A stretch of DNA of 64,000 nt from positions 171,244,001-171,308,000 of the forward strand of contig OX597815.1 of NCBI GenBank assembly GCA_951406725.2. The letters are read 5' to 3'. Position numbers and translations under genes: made by a program. This document shows positions 60,292-64,000 of this stretch, piece after piece. Under the pieces are notes generated by a model. It ran no database searches, had not been told where the DNA came from, and saw nothing but the letters and a program-made list of their open reading frames with translations. Source of the stretch: Octopus vulgaris (Eukaryota). Each line of letters begins with the position of its first letter. Within the stretch, counting starts at the first letter, position 1.

Positions 60292-62859
60292 CATACGATG
60301 GTCTTTTTTCAGTTTCCGTCTACCAAATCCACTCACAAGACTTTGGTTGGCCCGGGGCTATAGTAGAAGAGATTTGCCCAAGGTGCCACACAATGAGACT
60401 GAACCCGGAGTCATGTGGTTGGGAAGCAAGGTTCTTACCACACAGCCACTCCATAAAGAAGTTTATAGTTATATATGTGTGACAGCTTGTCTGTGTATAT
60501 ATAAATTTATAAATGTGCGCGTGTGTGCACCACTCTGTCAATGTAATTGTCTTATAAATTTGTATGTGTCCACCTCAGTAGAATGTGTGAGTGTCTTATA
60601 CCATATATGTGCACACTAACACGTTCATTATGTGTGGGATTGGTAAAGTCCATTCTCCGCTTTATCTCAGCGATGTCAATGTCCAAGCCTTTTCCGCCGG
60701 ATTTCTTCTGTGGCCTTCTTTGTCATCCTTTCCTTTGAAATATGACTAAATACTAGTGAGTGAGGCAATATGAACAAAAGGCTATATTTACTTTAAATCT
60801 TGAAAACGTTAGACTTCCTATACAGCTACAACAATACATCAATATTACTCGTGTGTTCTGAGTTGAAAAAAAAAAAACTACATGATTGGACAACAGACAT
60901 TGCATCCCGTATCATGACTTGGATTATAAGTGGCAGCTTCCTTTCCGTCTATGTTCTGATGAGTTATTTGAAATGTATTTAATGCTATAAACATCAAAAC
61001 TGTATTTATAAAAAAACACATATGCAGTGAAGAAAATATATTAGCTTATTGATTAATGAATAGTCAGTGTGACAATTATCAGTAAATAGAGAAGACTCTG
61101 ACGATACTTCACTATTATATAACATCTTTCGGCAAGCATAAACCTCATTGTATTTGCCAAAGAAGTAACAGAAGATTCATTAATTTGAGTCACTTACGTA
61201 TACGGATAGGTGGCGTATGAGATATGAACAGTGTCTGACTAATTTACGACAATGCTTTTCTAAAATATATTTAGATTATTTATTGGCTACTCAGCTCATC
61301 AGCTTCTAGGATTTATCTAAATAAAGTCCGGTGTACAAAGAAAAAATCAGGCTGATTTAATGATAATTTATTCCTATACTGGCGCAAAGAGAGGTTAAAA
61401 TATATTGCATTGACCCTGCCAAGATAAAAACAGGGTGCTTATTTTATCAAGATTGAAAAATAATGTCCTCTGATGGGATACTAGAGCTTAGAAGGTAGAA
61501 AAGTATATGTTACTTCTGAAAGTCGTTTAATTAGATATTTTAATGTGTTTTTTACTGATATAATAGAGGTTTTCGGCCAGATTAACAAGAACATAAGTAT
61601 GAAGAAGAGATCAGAGATATGTTACAAATAAAATAGGCAAGAAAACAAAAAAGGCATGGTGTGCATTAGAGGGATTTCATCTCAGAGAAATAATAATAAG
61701 ATGAATGCAACAACGGAAAAGAAGATATGAGGGAAAGACACAAACTGCAAAGAACGAAGAATTATAGTTAGTTCAAACAAAAAAAATCAAAGCAATGTCA
61801 GCCACTAAAAAAAAAGATGAAAGCAGTGTCAGGTAACAAAAAATTGGAATAATAAACCAGATACCAACAGATAACAAACCAGTACCAGAAGAACAGGCCT
61901 TTTAGAAATAGCAAAAAAAAGTTAACCAACAGCTGACCAGTAATTTTAGGGGTTGGGTAAGTCGGTAAGATCGATCCCAGTGCTCAACTGGTAATTATTT
62001 CATCGACTCCGAAAGGATAAAAGGTAAAGTCGACTTCAGCAGATTTTAAACTCAGAAAGTAAAGGCGGATGAAATGTTGCTAAGCACTTTGGAGATCTTC
62101 ACAATAGTGATAGGATGTGAACGTGATTACGTTAAACATGAACAAAATGTCGAAGAAGAACAAGGATTAAAAGAGAGACCAACAAATTCCCACAAAAGAA
62201 AGAGCTGCCCGTATGAAGGCACATTTTATTCTGTGGAGGAAAAAAAGACTGTTACAGAAGAAGAAAGAAGCTTACTATTACACCTGAATGAGGCGAGAAA
62301 TAGGGAAAGAGAGGCTACCAGTCTTGAGAGGAATCGAAAGGGGAAAACTATATAAAGTATTGAAAAAGATGAACGAACTGTTGACGAAAATATAAATCGA
62401 AAGCATAACAGATCTCAACAACCTTATGTAGTGCATGGCGTCTGTCGCTGTCAAACCCCTGGGATGAAAAATAAAATAAAAACAAAATTCAAAGGCCCAT
62501 GGTGGCAACGAAGGCTTGAGAACCAAACTGAACAGCTCAAGATTACTGTAGAACTTCCACCGACCAGATGCCACGCGCCAACTCTTCGTCTTTTCTCAAA
62601 CCAGGATTGCATCTCCGTCTAAGAGATGAGCTGCAGAAAAGCGTATCTTACAAATAGAGATCACACTGGCTCACAGTCCAGAAAAATCTGCTGGTGGCGT
62701 TACTGCAGCGCCTGTCTGCGCATTAGCAACCATGCATGCCAAGCCCCCACTCTCATCTAGAGAACGCTGGCAACAGATGGATTGCCTGACCAGTTGCACA
62801 CGTCCTTACCACCGGAAACGAAAACGTAAACGCTCCATTTTGGATAGACGTGAACAGGG

Positions 62860-64000
62860 GCAATATACTTTGAGAGAGGTTAACCCATGCTGCAAATTTG
62901 GCCGTGAGGAGAAAATAAACCACCTCTTGTTTATCAATGACCTACAACTATTTACCAAAAGTGAGAAAGCTTTAGATTCACTGGTCCAGGCTGTTAGAGT
63001 TGTAAGTGATGATAGTGGCATGGGGTTTGGAATAGACAAATGAGTGATGCTAGTGATAAAGCGAGGAAAAGAATCCAATTCAGAAGGGATTAAACTCCCA
63101 AATTAGACATCTATCCAAGCAATGAACGAGGGCGACAGTTACAAGTACCCAGGTGTATTGGAGGCTGGTAGAATTCTTTGCCAAGAAAAGAAGAGGTGAG
63201 AAAGGAGTATCTGAGGAGAGTAAAAAGGGTGCTAGGCTCAAAAGTACATGGCGGGAAAAAACATCTTTACAGTAAATACATGGGCGATCTTTCTAATACG
63301 ATATCCTGCTGCTTTCCTAAACTGGACTGAGAAAGAACTAAGAGACATAGATTGTAAGATCAGACAGATAATGTCCATGTACGGGTCGTTACATTCCAGA
63401 GGCAGTGTCTAGCACAGAAGAAGTAGGGAGAGTACTGGTATCAATAGAAGTCTGTGTGGAGATAGAAAAATGTGATATAGAAAAGTATGTGAGACGAGAC
63501 GATATTGATTTCAGGTGGCAGAAGAGAGGAGAAAATACATGCGGAGACGGCAACGGAATACAAGAAAAAAAAAGGGCGAGTAAGAAATATTTGGGGGAAA
63601 TAACTACACAGTCAGTATTTCAGACAAATACAGAACGTCTTAGTCATAGCGGAAGAATGTAGATATTAAGAAAGAAACGGAAGGAATCATAATGGTTGCT
63701 CAAAGCCAGTCACAGTAGACAAATATCATTGAGGCCCAAATAGACAAATCCGCGAAAAGTGCCAAGTGCAGAGTATGTAATGAGAAAGAGGAATCAGTTT
63801 TGCACATAAGTTCCTGTAGTTCTTTGGTATAGAAGGAATATAGCCACAGACATGACTGTAGGGTCAACGTACTACACTGGGACATATTACGGTAAAAATG
63901 ATTTGAATTAGGCGGGGAAATGGTACCAGCATCAGACAGGAAATGTAATAGAGAACGATCACTATAAGGCTTTGTGGGGTTTTAATATTAAGACTGATCT
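62860..64000 (+). mobile_element. Decayed R4/Dong-like RLE non-LTR element, runs off the window
   Basis: INHLLFINDLQLF, GMGFGIDK, YKYPGVLE, KCRVCNEKEESVLHI..C..RHD..LHW. Confidence 0.8.

Overview
AT-rich animal genomic DNA, packed with microsatellites. The SINE families suggest an octopus or other cephalopod (inference from recall). No host gene can be supported; the window is almost entirely mobile DNA. The main feature is an ~8.7-kb near-perfect palindrome (3775-12477) of two head-to-head copies of a Neptune-like Penelope-like retroelement (PLE; RT + Cys-knuckle + GIY-YIG), each ending in a (TA)n tract. The element has an upstream coiled-coil/low-complexity ORF1 that appears joined to the RT frame by a U_UUU_UUA -1 slippery site. 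Both arms share a 40-nt inverted self-templated insertion. About 14 type-I hammerhead ribozyme motifs from about 8 sequence families are scattered through the window. They include C3-G8, U3-A8 and A3-U8 compensatory core variants, and several sit in short fold-back elements that mimic the large palindrome. Other content: decayed PLE, R4/Dong-like, RTE (with C2H2 finger arrays), CR1-like and Tx1-like LINEs, Tc1/mariner remnants, a Merlin-like MITE, Helitron-like ends and many tRNA-derived SINEs. All folds and alignments were done by eye; coordinates of decayed elements are approximate.
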